The notes below the pieces were generated by a model. The model was not told the DNA's origin and made no database searches. It saw only the letters and a list, made by a program, of their open reading frames with translations. The position numbers and the translations under genes are program-made. A stretch of 45,213 nt of DNA from Planctomycetota bacterium. GTDB lineage: Bacteria > Planctomycetota > SZUA-567 > H5-PLA8. Shown piece by piece: positions 36,885 to 45,213 of the stretch. The first letter of the stretch is position 1. Each line of letters opens with the position of its first letter. The stretch spans positions 1 to 45,213 of the forward strand of contig JBBRPR010000066.1 of assembly GCA_038227875.1 (NCBI GenBank), in the 5' to 3' direction.

Positions 36885-39800
36885 ATGACACAAATCGACG
36901 ACTATGAACTGATCGGCAAACTCGGCGAAGGAGGCATGGGCGCCGTTTACAAGGCGCGCCAAGTCTCCCTTGACCGTGTCGTCGCGCTGAAAGTGCTCGC
37001 GCCGAAGCTCGCCACCAATCCCGAATACGTCACGCGTTTTCTGCGCGAGGCGCGCGCCACGGCGAAGCTCAATCATCCCCATATCGTCGCGGGCATCGGC
37101 GTCGGTTCGGCCGCCGGATACCACTTCTTCGCCATGGAATTTGTCGAAGGCGAAAACTTCAAGCGCCACGTGGAATCCAAGTCGCGCATGTCGGAAGCCG
37201 AAGTCCTGCGCATCGGCGTGGCCATTGGTTCGGCGCTGGCCCACGCTCACGCCATGGGCATCGTTCATCGCGATGTCAAACCCGACAACATTCTTATCGC
37301 CCGCGACGGCACGCCCAAGCTTGCGGACCTGGGACTCGCGAAGGCGGTCGTGGCTGAAGACAGTTCGCTGACACAGTCGGGCATGGCCGTCGGCACACCG
37401 CATTACATTGCGCCCGAACAGGCCAACGGCGAGCCGGACATCGACGGCCGAGCCGATTTGTACGCGCTGGGCTGCACGCTTTACCATGCGGCGACGGGCT
37501 CGACGCCCTTCACGGCCAACACCTCCGCGGCGATCATGGTCAAGCACCTCAATGATCGCATGGCTCATCCGCAATCTCTGCGCGCGGATCTGAGCAACGA
37601 GTTCTGCCTGATCCTCTCGCGCATGGTCGCACGCGATCGGGACGATCGCTACGCCACGCTCGAGGCCGCCGTCGCCGACATGGAAGGCTTGCTGGCGGGA
37701 GAGCAACCGTCCTGCCGGCCGCTGCCTGCCGCGAGGAGCCGCTTCGTGGAATCGACGCGCGCCACCGGCGGTTCATCCACGATGCGGCGCGAACGGGGAG
37801 AGACCCGCCGCCAGGTGCCGGTCGGTTCCGATGACGGACATTCCGGCAGCCGCGAATCGCGCCGTCGCATCGCCGCGCAGAAGCCGGGACATCCCTGGTT
37901 GTGGCCGGGCGTCGCTGCTGGAACATTGGTGTTGCTCGGCGGGCTGGGGTATCTCGTTTCCGGCTCCGGCAAAGCCGTGCCGGAAAAGACGCTCAGCGTG
38001 ATTTCCAACCCAGAACCCGCGCAGGCTCCCGTGGCCGTGCGTCCTTCAACGCCAGCTACTTCGACTGCGTCTGCTGTTCTGGCCCCAGTGGCCTCAATGT
38101 CGGAGAAAGCGCCCGCACTGCCGAGCCTTCCGCTGCCTGCGGTAGCGCCTGCTGCCGTGGCGGAAGTTCGGCCCCCGTCGCCGAGCCCTGCACCTTCGTC
38201 TCCGGTTGCTCCGAAGACAGCTGAACTTCCTCCCACGAGCGCCGAGACCACCGCCGTCTTCGACGGCAAGCTTGAGGGCTGGAAGTTGATGCAGCCGGTG
38301 TGGACCGTGGAAGACGGCGCGCTTGTCGGGCGGGGTACGGCCAACAACGTCGCGATCTGGAAGTTCGGCGCTCTGCTGATGGATTTTGATTTCACGTTCG
38401 ACGCTGAAAGCACTCAGGAATTTCATTTCGGATTCACTGGGGGGCACGTCGCCACGATCTATATTCATCACGACGAGGGCGCCGTGCGCATTACGCGCTA
38501 CAATGAAGAGAACACCGAACTGGCGCGCGCCTCATTGTCGCTGCCGTACGGCAAGCACGCGTGGCGCGTCGTCGCTCATAACGGCACGGTGAAGGTTTGT
38601 GTCGACGGAACGTCCGCCGTCGAAGCGCGCAACGTCGATCTTCTGCCTGCCGGAGCCAAGACTGATCTCTGTTTCTTTGCCAGCCCGCACAGCACACTGC
38701 GCCTCAAAAACCTGTTGGTGCGCGCGCCGTCGGATGCCGTCGCAACGCCGTCACCTGCTCCGACTCCGGAGACAGCACAGAAGCCCGCAGAACTCTCCGC
38801 CGACGCCAAAACTCAGGCCGAGGCGCAAGCCGCCTATGCCGCGTTCGCCGACGACTACCTTGCGCTGATGCGCAAACTCGACGCGAAGGGCGCCGCCGAT
38901 CTCGCCGGCCATGCGGCAAAGATGCCGGTGCTGGCGCCGCTGTCCGGATTGGTGAAACAGGATCAGGCTCTGCTGGAGTTGCTCAATACGTTGCTGGCGG
39001 CCGAAGCCGACGGCGCGCGGAAGCTGACTGACGTGGACGACTTTGAACTGGCCATGGGCCACGGCGCGCCGCAGCACGTCGGACGAAAAACGCCGCTGCA
39101 CGTCGCCAAGGTTGAAAAGGGCGCAATCGTGCTCGATGGCGGCGGCGTGACGCTGCAGACGAACCTTGCGCAACTGAGTCCCGACACGCGCTTCAAGCTC
39201 ATCGCCATGGGCCTTCCAGCCGTGCCGGCCAGCGCCTCGCATGCCTTTCTGGATCTGTTGATGCTGAAAAATTCCGGCGACGCGAAAGGCCTCGCCGCGA
39301 TCCGCACGCAACTGGATGCTGCTCGGAAAAGCGCGTCGTCGTCCGCGCATCCGGATGTCGATGCGGTGGAGCGCTGGGCGCAACTGGTCGAAGACGGCGC
39401 GCAGAACGCCGCAGCCGCCGCGACGTGGCCGCGGCTGAATGCGCAGGCCGAGCAGCAACAGGGGCCGGCGCTCAAGTCAGCCCTCGCGGAATTCGCGCGC
39501 AACTACGACAAGACGCGATTCTATCAATCCCACCGCGCCGAGATCGACGCGCTGAACCGCGGCGCACAGGACGCCGCCGATAGCGCGCTGCCACCCGACG
39601 AGCAGCTCAAACGCCTTTCGGAAAAGCTGAAAGCCGCCAACCCGGATTTCGACGGCGCGATCACACCCACGATTCAGAATGGCAAGATCACGGGTCTGCA
39701 ACTCAGTGCCAAAGGGTTGAAGGACTTGGCGCCGCTGCGGGGCATAACGGGACTGCAGTCGCTTGCTTTAACGCCCGTGCGCGAAGGTTCCGTGCTGACG

Positions 39801-40349
39801 GACGTGAGTCCGTTAAAAGGCTTGCAGCTGACGCATCTTGAAATGTCGTACTCAAAAGTGGCCGACCTGACTCCGCTGCGCGGAATGCCGCTGGTCGTCC
39901 TGGACATCGGCGCGACTCCAGTCGCCGATCTGACGCCGTTAAAGGGCATGCCGCTGGAATCGCTGAATGCGCAGTGCACCCAGGTCGCCGATTTCTCGCC
40001 GCTTCAAGGCGCGCCGTTGCGGCAGCTTCAGTGCTTTGGATGCACGAAACTGGCCGATCTCAAATCGCTGCAGGGGCTGCCGCTGGAAACGCTCAATTGC
40101 AGCTGGAATAGAATCACCGACGTGACGCCGCTTCAAAACATGCCGCTTAAATATTTGAATCTGGAAGAAATCAAGACCGACGATCTTGCGCCGCTGAAGA
40201 ATCTGAAACTCATCACGTTGAAGTTCAGTTACAAACCCGGTGTGTACGACGCATTGTTACGGGATTGGACCGCGCTGGAATACATCAACGCGCTTCCTGC
40301 CGCGGACTTCCGCGCCAAAGCCGCAAACGGCACGTTGACGGGAAACTAA
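36885..40349 (+). CDS. Hanks-type Ser/Thr kinase with a TM helix, lectin-like domain and C-terminal leucine-rich repeats
   Basis: LGEGGMGAVY, VALK, HRDVKPDN, DLGLA, GTPHYIAPE; TM near WLWPGVAAG; repeated DLTPLxGMPL units. Confidence 0.92.
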   Translation: MTQIDDYELIGKLGEGGMGAVYKARQVSLDRVVALKVLAPKLATNPEYVTRFLREARATAKLNHPHIVAGIGVGSAAGYHFFAMEFVEGENFKRHVESKSRMSEAEVLRIGVAIGSALAHAHAMGIVHRDVKPDNILIARDGTPKLADLGLAKAVVAEDSSLTQSGMAVGTPHYIAPEQANGEPDIDGRADLYALGCTLYHAATGSTPFTANTSAAIMVKHLNDRMAHPQSLRADLSNEFCLILSRMVARDRDDRYATLEAAVADMEGLLAGEQPSCRPLPAARSRFVESTRATGGSSTMRRERGETRRQVPVGSDDGHSGSRESRRRIAAQKPGHPWLWPGVAAGTLVLLGGLGYLVSGSGKAVPEKTLSVISNPEPAQAPVAVRPSTPATSTASAVLAPVASMSEKAPALPSLPLPAVAPAAVAEVRPPSPSPAPSSPVAPKTAELPPTSAETTAVFDGKLEGWKLMQPVWTVEDGALVGRGTANNVAIWKFGALLMDFDFTFDAESTQEFHFGFTGGHVATIYIHHDEGAVRITRYNEENTELARASLSLPYGKHAWRVVAHNGTVKVCVDGTSAVEARNVDLLPAGAKTDLCFFASPHSTLRLKNLLVRAPSDAVATPSPAPTPETAQKPAELSADAKTQAEAQAAYAAFADDYLALMRKLDAKGAADLAGHAAKMPVLAPLSGLVKQDQALLELLNTLLAAEADGARKLTDVDDFELAMGHGAPQHVGRKTPLHVAKVEKGAIVLDGGGVTLQTNLAQLSPDTRFKLIAMGLPAVPASASHAFLDLLMLKNSGDAKGLAAIRTQLDAARKSASSSAHPDVDAVERWAQLVEDGAQNAAAAATWPRLNAQAEQQQGPALKSALAEFARNYDKTRFYQSHRAEIDALNRGAQDAADSALPPDEQLKRLSEKLKAANPDFDGAITPTIQNGKITGLQLSAKGLKDLAPLRGITGLQSLALTPVREGSVLTDVSPLKGLQLTHLEMSYSKVADLTPLRGMPLVVLDIGATPVADLTPLKGMPLESLNAQCTQVADFSPLQGAPLRQLQCFGCTKLADLKSLQGLPLETLNCSWNRITDVTPLQNMPLKYLNLEEIKTDDLAPLKNLKLITLKFSYKPGVYDALLRDWTALEYINALPAADFRAKAANGTLTGN

Positions 40350-40357
40350 ATTGGAAT

Positions 40358-40735
40358 TTACGCGTCGCCGATCGACACGTGCTCGCCGCTTTCCAGAACG
40401 CCGTCGATGACGGACTTCAGATGATCCAGATCGAGCGGTTTTTTCAAACAGCAGATGCCGTTGATCTGCGCGTACGAGATGCCCTTGGGGCTTCCGGTTA
40501 GAAGTACAATCCGAATCTCCCGGCGGATGGTCCGGAGCTGTTCGCGAAATGTTTCGAAGGAGATTCCGTTCATGTAATAATCGCAGATCACAACATGCGG
40601 CGAAAATGTGATGACTTTTTCGATGGCCTTGGACCGGTCAGATATGGCTTGCGCATTATAGCCTTCACCAATTAACAGGAGCTCCAACATTTCGCAGGTG
40701 TCAGTATCATCGTCAATTATTAACACACGTTTCAT
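40358..40735 (-). CDS. Single-domain response regulator receiver
   Basis: VLIIDDD, ICDYYM, LTG, KKP. Confidence 0.85.
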   Translation of the reverse strand: MKRVLIIDDDTDTCEMLELLLIGEGYNAQAISDRSKAIEKVITFSPHVVICDYYMNGISFETFREQLRTIRREIRIVLLTGSPKGISYAQINGICCLKKPLDLDHLKSVIDGVLESGEHVSIGDA

Positions 40736-40897
40736 ACCCGTTCCTCCGTTTGGGTAGGTGCTTTTATTACAAGACGGAAAAGTGATTCAATGGGTTTCTG
40801 TTAAGAATTGTAAATAGTTTCAAAAGCAATGACTTACAACCCAATCAATGACCAAAAATAAGGCTATATATGACTGCGCATAGGTGATACTTTTCGC

Positions 40898-42052
40898 TCA
40901 ATTCGCTTGATAAAGTTTACGATGGCCGTCGATGAACGCGTCGAACGAAAAGTGATCGGCGACGTGCCGGCGCGCTGCGGCGCTCTGGCGCGCATGGAGT
41001 TCCGGATCGTTCAACAGCGCCAGCACTTTTTCGGCGATGTGCGCCGGATCGCTGACGCGCGCGAGAAATCCCGTCACGTCGTCGACGACGACATCGCGCG
41101 AGCCCATCACGTCGGTCGCCACGACCGGAACGCCGCGCGCCATGGCTTCCAGCAGCACGTACGGCAGGCCTTCGTAGAGGCTCGACAACACCAGCACGTC
41201 GAACGCCGGGTAGAGCGACTCCGCATCTTCGCGGTGGCCCAGCAACCGGAATCGTTCCGGCGGAAGCTTTAGTTCCACTACGCGCGCGCGCACGGCGTCT
41301 TCGTCGGGTCCGCTGCCGACCAGCACGAAGGTCACGGTCGGATGCTGCCGGATCGCTTCGGCCGCCGCGCGCAGAAAAATGCCGACGCCTTTTTGCGGCG
41401 CCAGGCGCGCCACCATCGCGACACAGGGGGTGCCGGGAGAAAGTTGCAGCGACGCGCGAAGCCGCGCGCGTTCCTCTGGTTCCATCGGCGGCGCCTGTTC
41501 CACGCCGTTGCGGATGACCGTCAGCCGTTCGGCTTCCGCGACGCCGCACGCCAGCGCCTCCGCGCGCTGACCTTCGCCGACGCAAATAATCGAGCGGCAA
41601 TGCCGGCTGGCGTGGCGTTCGATGCTCAAGTACAGCCGCTTCTTCATCCCCATTTCCCATTGAAACGGAAAGACGTGGGGCGTGTGGAATACATTTTCAA
41701 TCTTCAAATGATGCGCCGCTTCGCGTCCGATGATGCCGCCCTTGGAGCCGTGTGTGTGGATGAGGTCGGGCTTGAAATCGCGCAGCAGATCTTTGACGAC
41801 GCCGTACGCGCGCAGATCGTGCATGCCGATCGAGCGTTGAAATTCGGGAACGAGCACAAACTCGAAGCTGGGAAATCGCGCCTTGAACGCGCGCAGTTCG
41901 TCCTGAAATCCCGGCTCGCCGCGATCGCCGAAAATTCCGCGGATGGTCAGTCCTTCCTCCGGCCGCAAAAACACGCGTAGCAACTCGCGCAGATGCTTGC
42001 GCACTCCGCCTTGCGTGGATTCACAGACGTAACACAGGCACCGCGTCGGCAT
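40898..42052 (-). CDS. Glycosyltransferase family 4
   Basis: HTHGSKGG, VARLAPQKG, SLYEGLPYVLLEAMA. Confidence 0.92.
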   Translation of the reverse strand: MPTRCLCYVCESTQGGVRKHLRELLRVFLRPEEGLTIRGIFGDRGEPGFQDELRAFKARFPSFEFVLVPEFQRSIGMHDLRAYGVVKDLLRDFKPDLIHTHGSKGGIIGREAAHHLKIENVFHTPHVFPFQWEMGMKKRLYLSIERHASRHCRSIICVGEGQRAEALACGVAEAERLTVIRNGVEQAPPMEPEERARLRASLQLSPGTPCVAMVARLAPQKGVGIFLRAAAEAIRQHPTVTFVLVGSGPDEDAVRARVVELKLPPERFRLLGHREDAESLYPAFDVLVLSSLYEGLPYVLLEAMARGVPVVATDVMGSRDVVVDDVTGFLARVSDPAHIAEKVLALLNDPELHARQSAAARRHVADHFSFDAFIDGHRKLYQAN

Positions 42053-42234
42053 GGTGTTTGAGTGTACGGCGCTTTCAGCCTTGGTGCGAGCGAAGCGCGC
42101 TGAAGCGCGCGCATGCGCGCTGTAACTGTGTAATGCAGAATCACTTGCGCGTTCTTTTTCTCTGGAATAAACGCGTCCGTTTGCGTACTGTGCATAGACA
42201 GGAATTCAGCTCCGCACGGTGTGTGAGAACGACT

Positions 42235-44148
42235 ATGGCAACGGGCACGCATATCAGCTTGGCAGCAGTCGATACTGGCAAAGAGCTGAACTTATTGCCG
42301 TATCCGCGCCAGGTCATGGTCAAGGGCGCGCCGTTCCGGCCAGCTCCCAGCAGCTACCTTTATCTGTCGCCAGCCGCTCCGCCGAGCGTGCGCCGCCGGG
42401 CTCATGTGCTCTGCCAGCAATTTGAAATGCTCAAGATCCGCACGACGATCGGCAACGGTCCGTCGCTGCAGGCCAACCAGGCGTACTTCACCACGTCCGC
42501 GACGTTTCAAAAGACTGAGCAGATGGAACGGCCGCTGCGCGGCGAAAGTGTCGCGCCCGAAGGTTACCGACTGGCCGTCACCGGCGAAGGCGTGGTGCTT
42601 CACGGCAACGATGAACTGGGACTGCAGCACGCCGGGACGACGCTGCGCCAGTTGCTCGAAGATGGACCGGAAATCCCCGGGTGCGAAATCGAAGATCACC
42701 CGCTGTTGCCCGCCCGTGTGATGCATCTGGATTTCAAAGGCTGGGCGCCGAAGTTCGAGTATCTCAAGCAGGTCATCCGCACCTTCGCGAATTTAAAGAT
42801 CAACGGCATCATCCTCGAATACGAAGGCTACTTCGATTTTCCGTCGCAGCCGGGCCTGGCCTACCACGGCGCGCTGACCCGCGATGAAATGATGGAGCTG
42901 GATATCTACGCGCTGGACCTGGGCGTCACGCTCATCCCGCTGGTGCCGTGCATCGGCAATGCCGGCCACGTCCTGCGCCTGCCGGAGTACGCGACAGTCC
43001 GCGAGCATCCGCAGTACTACCAGCAGTATTGCCCCGTCAATCCCGCGACGCTCGACATCGTCACCGCGATGATGGAAGACCTGGTCGGCACGCACGCCGG
43101 AAAATTCTTTCACATGGGCGGCGACGAGACGCGCCTGCTGGGCACCAATCCCGCCAGCGAGCAGCGCGCCAAGCAGCTCGGCGGACGTGCGGCCTTGTAT
43201 CTGGAATACCTCGGCCGCGTCAGCCGCTACCTGATCCACCGCGGCAAAGCGCCGTTGATCTGGGACGACATGTTCCGCAAGATGAGCGACGAGCAGATCA
43301 AGTGGCTGCCGCCCGACGCGGTGCTCACATTCTGGCAGTACGAAGGCCAGGGCGGCCGCGCCACGCCGGAAATTCTGACGAATCTCGACCGCTACAAGCG
43401 CCTCGGCCGCGCAGTCTGGGGCGCCGCGACGCGCTCACCGGCCGTGCGCTACGATACGTTCGACAATATCGATGCGTGGACGGATGCCGCGGAGATGGGT
43501 TATCTGAACGGCCTTATTACCACCGCATGGACGCGCAATCATTCGCTATCGGCGCTGCTGCCGCCGCCGGAGACCGCGTGGCCGGGCGCGTATTACGCCG
43601 CGGAGCGGGTCTGGTCAGGCTTGAAGAGCGGCCCGGTGCGAACGATGTTCCCGCAGCGCTTCATCGCGCGCATGTTTGGTATAAAGGAGCCGTCGCAGTC
43701 GAACACGCTGTGGGCGGGCTTCGATCATCTCCTGCGCGAAAAACCGCGCCGCGCACGCGAGTACTTCGCCGCCGGCGCAAAGCATGCGTTGCGCAACCGC
43801 GACACGCTCGACTTCCTGCAGCTCTGGTCGGCGATCGGCACGTTTGAGGAATACATCAAGCAGTTCGATACGGAAATCGGCGGCAACTATTCCAATCTGC
43901 AGGCCAACCAGGGCGATCCGTTTCACTGTGGCCGCCTGCGCTGGCGCGTGCAGGACATCAAAACGAAAGTGCCGCTGCTGATGCGCCATTTCACGCAGCA
44001 GGCCCAGCGCATCACCGTCGACGCGATCATCCGCGAGTACCTGGAGTCGCATGTCGCGTACGGTCTCAAGCGGCTGGACGAGATGGAAAGTCTGCTCAGC
44101 ACTTACCCCACGCCGCCGCCGGAATGGCAGCAGCCGGTGGCGCTGTAA
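42235..44148 (+). CDS. GH20-family beta-N-acetylhexosaminidase-like protein, no obvious signal peptide
   Basis: PEGYRL, MHLDFKG, LEYE, FHMGGDE, WDDM. Confidence 0.85.
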   Translation: MATGTHISLAAVDTGKELNLLPYPRQVMVKGAPFRPAPSSYLYLSPAAPPSVRRRAHVLCQQFEMLKIRTTIGNGPSLQANQAYFTTSATFQKTEQMERPLRGESVAPEGYRLAVTGEGVVLHGNDELGLQHAGTTLRQLLEDGPEIPGCEIEDHPLLPARVMHLDFKGWAPKFEYLKQVIRTFANLKINGIILEYEGYFDFPSQPGLAYHGALTRDEMMELDIYALDLGVTLIPLVPCIGNAGHVLRLPEYATVREHPQYYQQYCPVNPATLDIVTAMMEDLVGTHAGKFFHMGGDETRLLGTNPASEQRAKQLGGRAALYLEYLGRVSRYLIHRGKAPLIWDDMFRKMSDEQIKWLPPDAVLTFWQYEGQGGRATPEILTNLDRYKRLGRAVWGAATRSPAVRYDTFDNIDAWTDAAEMGYLNGLITTAWTRNHSLSALLPPPETAWPGAYYAAERVWSGLKSGPVRTMFPQRFIARMFGIKEPSQSNTLWAGFDHLLREKPRRAREYFAAGAKHALRNRDTLDFLQLWSAIGTFEEYIKQFDTEIGGNYSNLQANQGDPFHCGRLRWRVQDIKTKVPLLMRHFTQQAQRITVDAIIREYLESHVAYGLKRLDEMESLLSTYPTPPPEWQQPVAL

Positions 44149-44250
44149 AACGCTGAGTTATGAATGATGAGTTATGAATGGGGCGGCGCAAGCGTTAAGA
44201 ATGAGCGCGAGGACTAGACACAGGAAATTTTCAATGAGATGCGTTAAGCA

Positions 44251-44279
44251 AGGAGCAAGCAAACGGCCGCTTGCTCCTT
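44251..44279. repeat. REP-like hairpin flanked by degenerate heptamer repeats between convergent genes
   Basis: AAGGAGCAAGC...GCTTGCTCCTT. Confidence 0.55.
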
Positions 44280-44331
44280 GACACACAGGCGCGCCGGTCC
44301 ACTCATCAATCATAGTTCATCGTTCCCATCG

Positions 44332-45073
44332 TCACGCCCGCCGCAGCGCGTCGACGACTTTCATCCGCGCGGCCTGGAGCGCCGGCAACAGTCCGCCCAG
44401 AAAGCCCATGAACAGCGCCGTGATCAGCGCGATCAGCAGGATCTGCGGGGTCACGCGGAATTCGAAGGCGGTCTCGGAGAATGTGGTCAGGTTGGTCGTG
44501 CCGGTTTTGATGCCGTCGAAGAAGAGCGAAATTCCACAGCCCACCAGCGCGCCAATGAACGAAAGCACCATCGCCTCCAAAATGAACGCGCCCCAGATCG
44601 ATTCGGGCGAAAAGCCCATCGCCAGCATGCAGCCGATCTCGCGTTTGCGCTGACTGACCGCGGCGTACATCGTGTTCATCGCTCCGACGACCGCACCGAC
44701 GGCCATGATTCCCGCCAGCATGCCGCCCAGCACCGTGATCACACCCGACATCAGCTTCGATTGATCGGAGTAATATTCCGTCTCGGTCTTCGCCATGATT
44801 GTGCGCAGGCGGATGTCGTCGCGGATTTGAATCTTCAATTCGTTGAGCGCCGCGAGAGGGTCGCCCTTGGCGCGGAAGAGCACCGACTGAAACAGATCAC
44901 CGCGGTTGAAGACCGTCTGCATCATCTCCAGGTCGATCCACATCTCCGATTCCAGCGCGCTGCCGTGCGCTTCGAAGACGCCGACGATCTGCCACGGCCG
45001 CTTGCCCGCGACGACGACCTGCCCAAGCTCGAAGCCTTCCAATCGGCGGCTCAGGGAGGAACCAATCACTGCT
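44332..45073 (-). pseudogene. 3' part of a MacB/FtsX-type ABC permease, 5' part displaced
   Basis: NTMYAAVSQRKREIG...LAMGF...LPALQAARM; frame starts mid-periplasmic domain with an in-frame TAG about 60 nt upstream. Confidence 0.75.
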
Positions 45074-45213
45074 TGTAAAGCAACGGCGTATCTAACACGA
45101 AAAACGGCGTTACCAAGCTCCCACAGAACCCCCCTAGGTTGTGTGGGAGGGCAGTAGCGCGGCGTTATTCGCCAAAACAGGCCAATTTAATACCCCAATC
45201 CGACGCAAAAACC
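45074..45213. mobile_element. Probable transposon/IS end
   Basis: Starts with TGT at the gene break; AACGGCGT at 45082 and 45103, CGGCGTTA at 45160; AT-richer, non-coding. Confidence 0.6.

Noticed and set aside
39700..40230. DNA repeats in the kinase 3' end
   Set aside because: Explained by leucine-rich repeat coding

Overview
GC-rich bacterial window; gene content (Hanks-type kinase with LRRs, pseudopilin cassette, secreted glycan enzymes, heptamer repeats) is PVC/Planctomycetota-like, which is inference. From left to right: (1) the right end of an element integrated in tRNA-Tyr, with an HTH protein, a tyrosine integrase and a 3' tRNA half; (2) a glycan-use cluster with a heparinase II/III-like lyase, HD protein, GntR/LacI regulator and large GH-A/CBM9 protein; (3) an Rrf2-sufC-sufB-(GyrI)-sufD-Rieske-sufS-(orphan)-sufU operon; (4) asnS, a CarF/TMEM189-like desaturase, a Ser/Thr dehydratase and a methyltransferase; (5) an RNA-rich minus-strand unit at 23.9-26.6 kb: promoter, leader-peptide attenuator, GNAT, structured RNA, tRNA with rare AAU anticodon, ~234-nt structured RNA, slipin/SPFH gene. 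This is the best candidate for a novel system; (6) two AT-richer genes; (7) a four-gene minor-pilin cassette with a divergent GntR/LacI regulator; (8) kinase, receiver protein, GT4, GH20, and an ABC permease cut by a probable transposon end at the window edge. All calls come from reading motifs; no database searches were run.
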